The notes under the pieces are model-generated. The model saw only the letters and a program-made list of their open reading frames with translations. It ran no database searches and was not told the origin of the DNA. The position numbers and the translations under genes were made by a program. A DNA stretch of 55,910 nt, counting the filler, from Sphacelaria rigidula (Eukaryota): assembly GCA_964200075.2 (NCBI GenBank). It is 6 parts of 6 records of this genome, joined end to end, with 100 filler letters (N's around TTAATTAATTAA, not from the genome) between each part and the next. Parts side by side here need not be neighbours in the genome. Positions count along the whole stretch, not along the records: positions 37,342 to 46,576 come from CAXNAA020008967.1; positions 46,677 to 55,910 come from CAXNAA020008968.1; 4 more parts are not named here. One strand, written 5' to 3'. Every line of letters starts with the position of its first letter. The stretch's first letter is position 1. Positions 40,553 to 51,050 of the stretch are shown here, piece after piece.

Positions 40553-41030
40553 TTATCAGGGCGATCAATCAAAACAAGGGGACAACACCGGCGCCACGTT
40601 TGATCAATGCCATGGGTATACACGATACACATGACGTTTTTACGTGACGCATTCGAAAAAACGTAACTTTGGGCCCATACGCTACGTAAGCTTTGATTTT
40701 TTTGGACGAGACAAATGTAAAGTAACGTGATGTAACGTGTGGTCCTTCGCATGAACCCCATAGCACAGCGTTTTACTTTCCAAATGTGACGAAAACTCTG
40801 CGTTTTTTCGTGAATTTGTGACGTGTCACGTGTCACGTTAAAAAATTACAAAAGTAGCCTTTTTTCACGTCTGGAAAACCGCGAGAGACACTGCTTCAAA
40901 GTCCACACGCTACATCACGTTACGTTACATTTGTCCCGTCCAAAACATCAAACCTTACGTAGCGTTAATTGGACCAAAGTTACGTTTTTCCCTAAAAGTG
41001 TCACGTGTGTAACGCGTATATCCCTGATAA
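40553..41030. mobile_element. Intronic foldback MITE-like element
   Basis: Inverted arms at about 40640-40745 and 40900-41010 (tacgt/acgtaa-rich), with outer ttatcaggg / ccctgataa. Ends approximate. Confidence 0.6.
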
Positions 41031-41122
41031 ATACATAAGAGCCGATACAGGGCGATAACGCCTCCGTTCGGGGGAAGCCAATTCCTCAATCACATCTCCG
41101 CTTCTCTTCTCCTGACTCTCAC

Positions 41123-41849
41123 CGTACCCGACCAGACGCGTGAAGGGTAGCACAGGTTTGCCAAAGTGGAAAACCCGCTTGTACGTCAACGGCCGCAGCA
41201 GGATCGTGTTGGGCTCGAGGTGTAACACGAAGTCCCCCCGGCAAAGCTGCCCGGCCGACAGCAGCGGCAGCAGCACCCTGACATCCGTGGGGGCGGGGTG
41301 TCCCGCCGCAGAAATGCTGACGGGAAATGGCGGCTTCTTGTCCGTGAATAAATCATCAACAATAGCATTGAATAGTTCTTCTTCGTTTTTCTTGGAGACC
41401 ACGACCAACACCTCCAACGCATCTGGGAATTTTTTCGCAACGCTCGCCAGAGAAATCGCGAACGCGTCAGCATCCACGGTCGTTACGGTGTACACCACAC
41501 TAACTCTCTGATCCGCGATCTTCGGCGCCGACTTGCCGCCACCACCACCACCGCCCAGCGCTTTTAGGAATTCAACGTTACTCTTCAGCTGCAACTGCGC
41601 CGGCTCCAGCGCTAAATACCCACTCTCGCAGTCCCCACCACCCTTGGACGCGACCAGCTTCTCCAGCTCCGCGGCCACGTCGTACCCCTCCAAGGAGAGC
41701 GTCATGCTCACTGAGCAGCCGAAGCGCGGTTTCACCAGCGGGATGTCCCAGATCGATGCCATGCGGAACATGTGGTGCGTGACCCACTGCTGCGGGTTGA
41801 GGAACCATACCCCCGGCGGATTTCGCGAGTACGCAAGGGCTGCCAACAC
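41123..41849 (-). CDS. Exon C of the tandem GT-A/DUF6492-like protein
   Basis: Acceptor aaaacccaccag|GTG and donor TACG|gtgaga. Encodes VLAALAYSRNPPG...FPDALEVLVVV...AGQLCRGDFVLHLEPNTILLRPLTYKRVFHFGKPVLPF, with GC-rich coding bias. Confidence 0.9.
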
Positions 41850-41926
41850 CTGGTGGGTTTTGCGGAATTGAATCGTTTCGAGTCTTGAGAGCGGATACTT
41901 ATGCGTAGATTCTCGGTAGATCCCGG

Positions 41927-41928
<2 letters not shown>

Positions 41929-41970
<42 letters not shown>
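41929..41970. repeat. (GT)n microsatellite, intronic
   Basis: About 20 GT units. Confidence 0.95.
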
Positions 41971-41971
<1 letters not shown>

Positions 41972-42385
41972 GTCGAAAGTGGGCTGAAATGCGCGTGAGT
42001 CGCCCGCAGATTATTTGCGTTTCGTTTTGTTTTTTTATTCCCTCTTGTCAAGAAGTGGGTCGGTTACACCTGAATTGTGCGTGCGTCGCTCGCAGGCGTA
42101 ATTATGGCTGGGGATACGCTTAGAAAGATAGTCCGCTCACCTACTGTAATCTCGAGAGAACGGAGCATCGCCCGGGGGAGGAGCGCGCGGGGTAACACTG
42201 CGGCTTTCGTGAAAGAAAAATTGCTCAGGAAGCCTCATCACGGCGTTGATCAACGCGTCTGAGAATGATACTGTGGAAGGGTTGGGGCACAATCAACATT
42301 GGTCCGGGCTAAGTTTGATCTCACGTTTCTCCCGGTTTAATCATCCATGCGGCGAAGCTTGCGGTAATTCTTCCAACTTCGACCT

Positions 42386-42914
42386 AACAGAAGATCCTGA
42401 GAAATGGGATTGAATATAAAAATCGGGCTCAACTCCAAAACAGTGCTTTCCCTGACCTCAAGTCATGACAAGTTAGTGTGTTTCATATGAACGACCTCTT
42501 CCCCCCCGACCTCCCCAAAACCATTTTGGGGGTTTCTCGTCTTCCGTTTCCCCAGAGGGAATATTCGAAAGCACAATAATGGGCTAAAAAGTGTCCTTTT
42601 TTCAGCCCGAAATCGAGTCATCAATGTGTTTTCGCACATACCGTGCTCTTCGGGGGAATGGAGGGCTGGAACCCCCCCCAAAGTAGATTTAAGCTCCGTC
42701 TCGAAAGGGATGCGTGGTCAATGGTCAAATGACTAAGGCAAGCAACAAATGAGTACGCCCCCCCCCCCCAAAGTAGATTTAAGGAGGTCGGGGGGAGGGG
42801 GGGGTGAGGTCGTCCATATGAAAGTAATTTGCCTTTATTTTAGATCAGGGAAAGTGCTGTTTTGGAATCGAACCTCATTTTAATGTTCAACTCCATTCAT
42901 CAGGATCTCCTGTT
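42386..42914. mobile_element. Intronic foldback MITE with AAC...GTT ends
   Basis: AACAGAAGATCCTGA ... TCAGGATCTCCTGTT, plus an inner inverted pair tttcatatgaacgacctc / gaggtcgtccatatgaaa. TSD not clear. Confidence 0.7.
42694..42757 (+). mobile_element. Mini-retroposon family A at a C-tract
   Basis: Same 64-nt unit, flanked by the 22-bp direct repeat C8-AAAGTAGATTTAAG. Further copies at 18427-18472 (+), 43966-44028 (-), 44711-44751 (-) and 46468-46501 (-). Confidence 0.85.
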
Positions 42915-42975
42915 CTCTGGTTCTATATTTTTGTACCTGGAGTACGTGGTGCTACTATATTTGCTTTGCCCCTAC

Positions 42976-43414
42976 CTCAGGCACGAAAACCTCGTCGTCG
43001 TAGCTGCTGATAACTTCAAGCGCAATCTCGTCCTCCTCCATCTCGCCCTGCCCGCGCAGCCCCGTTTGGCTCGACAGGAGCACCGTCCGCAGCTGTGCAT
43101 TCACCTCCACAGGCAGCACCAAGTCCGCACCGTACGTAAATGACGGGGAACTAAACCCTAGCACCGCCGTGGTGGCTCTAACACGCTCCTGGTTGGCGCT
43201 GTCCACCCGCTGCGCCTCGGTGTAGGGAACTAGGAGGTCACCGTTGGTGCCATGGGTGTCTTTGGAAGTGAAGCTTCGGGAGAGGACTTCTCCCGGGTTC
43301 ATATAGAATATGAGCTTGGTGTTCTCTCCGCAGTACTTGTCTGCCATGAGTGACGCATAACCACTACGGGCCGTCGTGTTCACCACCGAAACACCCGGAA
43401 AAGATCCCAGTGTT
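42976..43414 (-). CDS. Exon B of the tandem GT-A/DUF6492-like protein
   Basis: Acceptor acaatgttcag| and donor GAG|gtaggg. Encodes TLGSFPGVSVVNTT...YASLMADKYCGENTKLIFYMNPGEVLSRSFT...VFVPE. Phases 2 and 0 match the neighbouring exons. Confidence 0.88.
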
Positions 43415-43578
43415 CTGAACATTGTGCGGGAGGGGGGAAGAGAAGGGCAATAGAACAGGATGACGCAGCACGTGTCTTGATAAATATTTATATTGTGATC
43501 CTTCATTAAATAATATTAATATATATACGAACATTTTCTCAGCACAATGATCTTCGTGCATGTATGTAGGAGGGAGGG

Positions 43579-43614
43579 TGTACTCATGATCATGCATGCC
43601 ATAGTCATAAGACC
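43579..43614 (-). mobile_element. Mini-retroposon family B at a C-tract
   Basis: GGTCTTATGACTATGGCATGCATGATCATGAGTACA flanked by the 15-bp repeat atgtRggagggaggg. Copies at 18672-18714 (+) and 46517-46560 (-). Confidence 0.75.
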
Positions 43615-45008
43615 ATGTGGGAGGGAGGGAGGGGGGGGAAGTGGGTGGCACGAGTGTTGGAGAAGGGGAAGAAGAGCTTGAGAGCAGATCCACGCGAAGA
43701 TAATACCTCACTGGATCATCAAGGACTGGTGCTTCTTTGCCCAGACACCAAGAAACAGTCAGTTTGAGTACATTCGCTGGGAGAACCAGCAGGGTGCATG
43801 TACGAGTATCTACTTCGGGGTCGTAGACCAACTCCAGCCGGATAAGTGCGACCTACTAGGGGTGCGCGGACGTGCTCATGTAAAGCCTTAGTCTCTCCTC
43901 TGGTGAGGTGCTCAAACTCAACCTGGAGCGTGCAAAAAAAGCCACTGGGGAGGGAGAGGGAGGAAGTGCTCGATTGTTGCTTGCCTAGGTCGTTTGACCA
44001 TTGACCACGCATCCTTTTCGAGACGGGGCACCGTTCCTACTCCTGATAGAGACACTTACAACATTTAGACGCTCAATACTCTCGTACCATACATTACGCA
44101 AACACCTTTTGAGCAATGCTACGGTAGGGGTGCACTTTTTCTCGAAATTATGTCAAGTTTAGGGGCTCCTAACGGTTCCAGATGCACAAAAATATGGGTC
44201 AGGGCATCCCCGTTTGCAAAATTCATTCGGGATATCCCCAGCACATTGGAGTAGTATTCCTGGCGTACTTTCGCATATTTTCATAGGTCGTGTTTTGCAT
44301 GAGATAAAGGGCTCCTAATAATTCGAACCTCAGAAAATATTTGTGCACCCCTACCGTAGCATCACTCTTTTTACATATCTTATGCCCATCCTGCTTCGCC
44401 GTCTGTGGGCCACCCTCTACCTCCTTGTACAGCCATCGTTTTCTCGCTCCTGTCTAATGCATCAAACGACTTCGTGCCATCTTCGTTTACTTTCAATATT
44501 TCCCCCTACAACACGCTCCGCCCCTCCTTGTATAATTCACACATTCCACCACTGTATACGTTCTACTCTCCTCTCCATTGCTTTGCTACAGGGGCAATTC
44601 TGTGGATCTACCTCCTTCACTCGACCACTGGTATATCTCTCTCTTCTTTTTGGCACGTCCAGGTCCCCTACTCGAAATGGGGAGGAAGGGGGGAGGAGGA
44701 GGGGGGGGGGCGTACTCATTGTTGCTTGCCTTAGTCGTTTGACCATTGACCATGGGGAGGGGGTCGAATACACGAAAGCAGTAGGTACAAATACACGTGT
44801 TTCGTGCTTCTCGAACCGAAAGAAGCGCGGAACGTTCGGAGACTTCCGGGCACGGCGTCGTTTTCCTCGGCGCGTGTCAAGCTCCTGGGTTCCGGAAGCG
44901 ACAACTCTCGCTGGCTTTGCTCATACACTATCAATCAAACAGGCAGCTGGCCCGACGCGTAGAGTGTCGACGCCCGTGGAGTTCTACTGCTGCTGAAGAG
45001 CAACCCAC

Positions 45009-45209
45009 CTGTTCATGACACTGAACTCTCCAGGGTGTACTGCGATCGCCATGCGCATTCCAGGCATGAAATGGTTGACGCTCTTGACAGCCACCAGCGT
45101 CTCGGCAAGGAACAAGTGGTACCCCGAAACGAACGCGCACAGGTTGCCCCTGGTCAAGTCTTTCGTGAAGGGCTCGAGATCGGGCGTCAACACTCTAGTT
45201 TTCTCGTGC
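45009..45209 (-). CDS. Exon A of a partial gene for a tandem GT-A/DUF6492-like (EsV-1-166-like) protein
   Basis: Polypyrimidine acceptor tctctcccccgtctcag| and donor AG|gtgggt. Encodes HEKTRVLTPDLEPF...NLCAFVSGYHLFLAETLVAVKSVNHFMPGMRMAIAVHPGEFSVMNR. Phase 2 joins exon B in frame. Confidence 0.85.
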
Positions 45210-46676
45210 CTGAGACGGGGGAGAGAAACAGACAGAAAAGAAACGAGAACCGCAACAACTGGGTGGGAATCATTTCGTGATGTTATCGAACACAGCGTGT
45301 GTTTCACATGTGTGGTGTGACCTTCATCGCACAAGATGGCGCTTGAGTCCCGTGCTCGTGGTGGTGCGTGCGCTATGCAAGCAAACCACAGTTACGGGAG
45401 AAGTGCGCGGACATGTTTTACACGATGTAATACTTGGTCCGAGTGGAAAGCACACAAAAGAGCGCCCAACGGTGGGTGCTCTCACCTGCGTGACGTGCAG
45501 CGTCGAGAACCGCGCGAGAGAGCAGTAATAGATGTGATCATTGGCCAGAAAACATGATAAACTTTTATCGCTTTTGGTCACTTCACGGTGCAGCGGTCGG
45601 CGAGTTTTTCGCTGCTAGTCGAAATGAAGGAGGCTGTTTCGGGCAGCGTGTCACTTGGCGTGACGATAACCGTAGGCAGAAGGGACAAGGGGCACGCGTT
45701 TTTCCGATTGACGAAAACAAAACCCTCGGTAAAACTGGTTGGCCGATCATCCTTGGTCAACGACCGTGAAACCTTTTTGAAAAACTCGGAAAAGTCAGAG
45801 CGAACGAATTTTCCTCGGCCTACGGCCGGGGGTGTCCGCAGCAGTCGACCGAGGAATATCGAACAATGAGAATTCTCGAGTTTTTCTTTGCAAGTAGAAT
45901 ATTGTACGTCACATATCGATTTCTCTCTACCCTGGGATTAATGGACCAGCCACACACCGACAGTAGCCATCAAAAGGTATGGTAGTGGCAAAATATATAT
46001 ATGAAGTGACTATAAATCGGCAAACGTGCCCAAAAAAGGTACCCGGGGGGAATCAAGACAAAAGAGTACATATATCTTGCCGTTTCGGGGCCACTTCGAA
46101 TGTACATGACAGCTGTGGTGGATTCACTCTCAACTTTGAAGCTATGCTCAGTACCATCTCGCTTATTTTTTCCTCCGTTTTTCTTGCAGTGCACGTGCAG
46201 GAAAGGAAGGAGTGCTACACGTTCTCGGCAAAAGCGATGGAAATCGGATCAACTCCACACCTTGTTTGTAGTGATTGATGTGACCTAAGATTGCTATCGA
46301 CGACGTGGTATGCCCTCTTCTGGCCACTACCCAACACAGATCTCACGAAAAAGCAATGCGCATGAAGTGCAGATAAAAAAATGAGGAAATGCATCATATT
46401 ATGTCTCAGAAAGACACCGCAAGGTAAGCTACAAAAGATATGCGAACAAAAAGCACGGGGGGGGGGGCGTACTCATTTGTTGCTTGCCTTAGTCGTTTGA
46501 CCACGGGGGAGGGGGAGTGTACTCATGATCATGCATGCCATAGTCATAAGACCACTGACCTCGCATCCCTACAATGNNNNNNNNNNNNNNNNNNNNNNNN
46601 NNNNNNNNNNNNNNNNNNNNTTAATTAATTAANNNNNNNNNNNNNNNNNNNNNNNNNNNNNNNNNNNNNNNNNNNN

Positions 46677-47396
46677 GCAAAACAAATTTGGACAATCTTT
46701 GAGAAACTAAGAAATCACGGATTCTGCATACTTCTGACGCTGACTACTGTACAGCACTGTCTGTACTGTTGTCCGTGCTTTCCGTACAATCGAGTACTGC
46801 GGTGCAGCGAAATTGCAGCTCACTTCAGGTCTGTGCAAGCAGCGTGTTGCGAACAGACGTCGCCATGCAGTACAGACTGCCTACGCACCCAAGCCTTGTA
46901 GATACGGGACCGTACTGACAGTACACAGAAGACTAAGAATAGTGCTACTGCTGTAGTACTACAGCCAACGCATACAACGCAGCACTGTCTGTACTGTCGT
47001 CCGTGCTGTCCATCGGGTCAAACACTATCGTGCAGTGAAAAAAGACTACCGTCACTTCTACAGCTATTTAGCATAGCAAGGCGGTGTTCTTATTTATCGT
47101 CTTGCGTCACGCACCCCACCATGTATTGCTCAGGCGATATATTACAGTAGTACAGACAGACAGTCGGTACGGACCGTACACCACGACACGACAGCAGAGT
47201 GCTGCGTCTCTCTCGCGCGCTTCAGAATTTGAAATTATGCCCACACGCCCTGTAGAGAACAATGAACACTGCTTTTTCAATGTTGATAGCGTCGATCATG
47301 TAAGAAGGGCTACTTTGAAAAATAATGTTGAAAAACGTGCTGTTGAAAAACGGCTTTTCTGATAACGGTTTTTTTACTAATACATGAGAAGTAGCG
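46677..47396. mobile_element. Harbinger-type element 1 of the TAA-linked chain (truncated by the contig start)
   Basis: Right end ...catgagaagtagcg|TAA. Body is homologous to the right part of 48403-49531. Confidence 0.65.
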
Positions 47397-47399
47397 TAA

Positions 47400-48399
47400 G
47401 GACACTTCTCATGTACAAACAAAAAACATGTTGAAAAGTGCATTTTTGGCCCTTCTCCGTCGTTTTTCACCTGAAAAGAGGGCTTGGCGGATGTTGACAC
47501 CTGGGAACGACTTGCTCTACTCGCTAAGACCGTGTCAGAGCACCTTTGCGTTTTCCGTATTTTCTAAAATTATATTTTCAACAACAAACGCTCAGGTGAT
47601 GAAAAAACAAGGGGAAAATGTAGCGTTTAGTATTGAAGCGGTGTTTGCGGAGGCGTGTACGAATTCTGAGGATGTGGGAAGTACGTACAGAAAAAATATA
47701 CGTGCTTTTATATATGATGTACGCCGTATGTCCCTGTTTTCTCAGCTGCAGTGCCGCTGCCAGTAGAAAAGTTGACCATCACAGCTAGGTTGCCGCAGCT
47801 GCCAGACACACAAGTACAGATAGTGTCACCAGCAACGAGTAACCTTCATCTAGCAGCGGTCTACTGGTCTAAGGAGCACAAGTAGGTAGAGGTAGGTAGG
47901 AACTAGCGCACTTCGCAGAGGACCGATCGAGTTTCACGTAATGTCCGACATGGGCGGGGGCCCGGCTCAAGCGGACGGGGATGAAAATCTGGCACCGCAC
48001 GGAGACGGCATGGGCATGGTTGTCTGGTAGCGGCACTGCAGCGGAGAAAACAGGGACAGGCGACGTACATCATGTATAAAAGCACGTAAATTTTTCTGTA
48101 CGTACGTCCCACATCGTCAAAATTCGTACACGTCTCCGCAAACACCGCTTTCATAATGGACGCTATATTTTCCCCCTGTTTTTCGTAACTTGACCGTTTG
48201 TTGTTGAAAATGCAATTTTGGAAAATACGGAACTGTGACCTATGGAAAACGCAAAGGTGCTCTGGAACGGCCTCAGCGAGTAGAGCAAGTCGTGCCCAGG
48301 TGTCAGCATCCGCCAAGCCCTCTTTTCGGGGTAAAACCGACGGAGAGGGGCCAAAAATACACTTTCGACATGTCTTTTGTTTATACGTGAGAAGTAGCC
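47400..48399. mobile_element. Harbinger-type foldback element 2
   Basis: TIRs of about 360 bp (GGACACTTCTCATGTAC and GTTTATACGTGAGAAGTAGCC), flanked by TAA on both sides. Confidence 0.85.
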
Positions 48400-48402
48400 T
48401 AA

Positions 48403-49531
48403 GGCCACTTCTTGTTTATGTATAAATTCTATGAAAAAAAAGCGTTTTCTGATGAATCACGAAAAATCCACTTCCTATGTGATCAGAAAATGTTATTGAA
48501 AACGCGTTTGAAATCCCGCCGCACGCCAACACACCCTCCAGCCCACGACATCAACCATGATGGCTTGGCTGCCATCACCACTGCTGTCGCTGGTGCTCGC
48601 GGGCAGTCAGCGTGTTCCTTCGCTCGCCAGTATCATGGTGGCCCTTTACCGCATGAGAACAGCACAGGGCAAGGTCGATGACGAGTGCTGTACAGACACT
48701 GTATATAGTCTGCACAGTATTGTAGCTCGGTTCAGGTCTGTGCATGCAGCGTGTTGCGAACAACACTCGCAATGCAGTACAGGCTGCCCACGTGCCGAAG
48801 ACTTGTAGACAGGACCGTACTGACTGTTCACACAAGACCACAGTATAAACAGTGCTACTACTGTAGTGTCTACACGGATGGGGTGCGTGGGCATTCTATA
48901 CTATTTGAGTGCTGTTCGCAACACGCTGCATGCACAGACCTGGACTGAGCTACAATACTGATCAAACGACCGAGTGTCTGTACAGCAGCCGTCATCAACC
49001 CTGCCCTGTGCTGTTCTCATGCGGTAAAGGGCCATCACGTTACTGGCAAGCGAAGGACAACGAAGCAACACGCTGACTGCCCGCGAGCACCAGCGACAGC
49101 AGTGTTGATGACAGCCAAGCCATCACTACAGCCAATGCATACAACACAGCACTGTTGTGTGTACTGTTGTCTGTGCTGTCCTTTCAGTCAAGTACTACCG
49201 TGCAGTGAAAAAGGCGGTTGTGTTCTTATTGATCGTCTTGCGTCACGCAGCCCACCATGTATTGCTCAGGCAATGTATTTCAGTAATACAGACAGTCAGT
49301 ACGGACCGTACACCACGAAACGACAGCAGAGTGCTGCGTGTCTCTCGCTCGCCCCAGAATTTGAAAGTTTGCCTGCACACCCCATGAAAAACGATAAACA
49401 CTGCTTTTCCAATTTTGATAGTGCGTCGATCATGTAAGAAGGGTTACTTCGAAAATTCTATTGGAAAGTCGTGCTGTTGACAACCGGCTGTTCTGATACA
49501 GTAAGGTGTTTTTTATACATGAGAAGCAGCC
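48403..49531. mobile_element. Harbinger-type element 3
   Basis: TAA|GGCCACTTCT ... ATACATGAGAAGCAGCC|TAA, with an internal inverted repeat of about 210 bp. Confidence 0.75.
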
Positions 49532-49534
49532 TAA

Positions 49535-50349
49535 GAGCGTTTCTTAGCACTTTTTTTTAAGACCGAAAAGATGGGGCGGTGGAACGGATTTGAGCGTTTT
49601 TTTCTCGTGTTGGTGTAGGTGGGTCCAGGTGGACTTTTAAGCTTTTGATCGAAGAACAGTGAAATACGTGAGTGGTACATGGTCACTCGTGTACAGTACA
49701 GACAGTCTGTACTGTTTGCACTGCTCGCAAGCAGGGTGTCTTGCGTGCGTGTGCGCGTGTTTCGTACAGGAGGATGTAAAAGAGAAGCGAGCAACGGGCA
49801 GTGTAGACAACCCAGGACTATCATTTCTCGCTGCTTACAATGCGACGTGAACATGACTTCAGCAACGTGCAGCTTTGTACTGCCTGCACTGTCCATCAGC
49901 GTGCACGCAACTCGGTTGCCCATCCTACCGCGCAGTTCCGTCGCTGATCCCCACCATGAAAGAAGATGCGCAAGCTTTCGCCAAAAAATAAACAAAGCAT
50001 ACCCAACAAGTGCAGTGCATGTATCTCTGGGCTAAGCTCGTCCTCTATGCTGCAGGGCTGCGGTGGTAGCTGAGAATGAGTTGGGTGGAGTTTGCATGAT
50101 GTCCTGTGAAAAGGTGTTATCTGGCATGGTGGTCTGTAAGACAGGAGTCAAGTGCCGCTTCGTGCCTTTCGACCGCATGTTTTCAATCGAAAAGGATTAT
50201 TCTTTGTCTCGAATATTTTTCTCCACGCGCCGCTGATTATAATTTTGAATTGAAGCCTTCAAGGAATATAAATGCGATGGACCTATCAGATAGGGAAAAA
50301 AAAACGACCTCACTTTTTCGATCGAAAAAAAAAGTGCGAAAACACGGCC
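49535..50349. mobile_element. Harbinger-type element 4
   Basis: TAA|GAGCGTTTCTTAGCACTTTTTTTT ... AAAAAAAAGTGCGAAAACACGGCC|TAA, with degenerate TIRs of about 40 bp. Confidence 0.6.
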
Positions 50350-51050
50350 TAAGACACGGTCTAACTTTTTATGTGTGCCCTATCATACACTTGCGGCACG
50401 TCACCGGACAGTTCAGCGGCGGCGGCGGAAGGCGTTCCACGACCGAATGCTGTGGGGACAGAACTGATCACACAAAATGGTCCATTCTTGATTTTCCCCC
50501 GAAACCGTCTGTTATGGAGACAAAATTGAGCATATGCAATCGTTACAATTGCGTACAGTGGAGCAAAATCACCGAACGATGCGGACTTGGGCCCCAATGT
50601 TGTATCGAGTATCGAATCGCCCGGCTGCAGAAAATTGCAAAATTGCACACCCTGGACAGATAATTACGTCGTCAAAAAGTGTACTGCGTACAGCATCGAC
50701 TATTGCTTCTATTGCAACAGGCAACAGATTCCATACTACTGTACGCAGTACACTGCTTGGCGATGTAACCTGTTGTGCAGGGTGTGCAAATTGAGTCTCT
50801 TGACTCTTGATGCCGGTTTGTCTGTGCGAAAACAGAGCGCGAGCAAGCCACGTCTTCGCCGACTTTTGACAGCTATAGAACGAGTACAGAAACATGCAAT
50901 AGCACTCGGTGCAGGTCTTGAGCGTACCAGTGCGCTGCGCTTTGTGTTCGTCTCTTTGGTGTCGCAACGATGCAGAAATGATAGTTCTTGTTTTTTGTTT
51001 TCGTGTTCGGTGAAAAAACGATCAAACGGTCGACAACACCTCCCCCAACA

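Noticed and set aside
41001-41122. C-terminal 40 codons of the 282-aa ORF
   Set aside because: They lie beyond the G|gtgaga donor that is phase-compatible with exon D, and they run into a MITE.
44343-44996. 217-aa plus-strand ORF
   Set aside because: Intronic and antisense, it runs through mini-retroposon and low-complexity sequence and has no protein-like composition.
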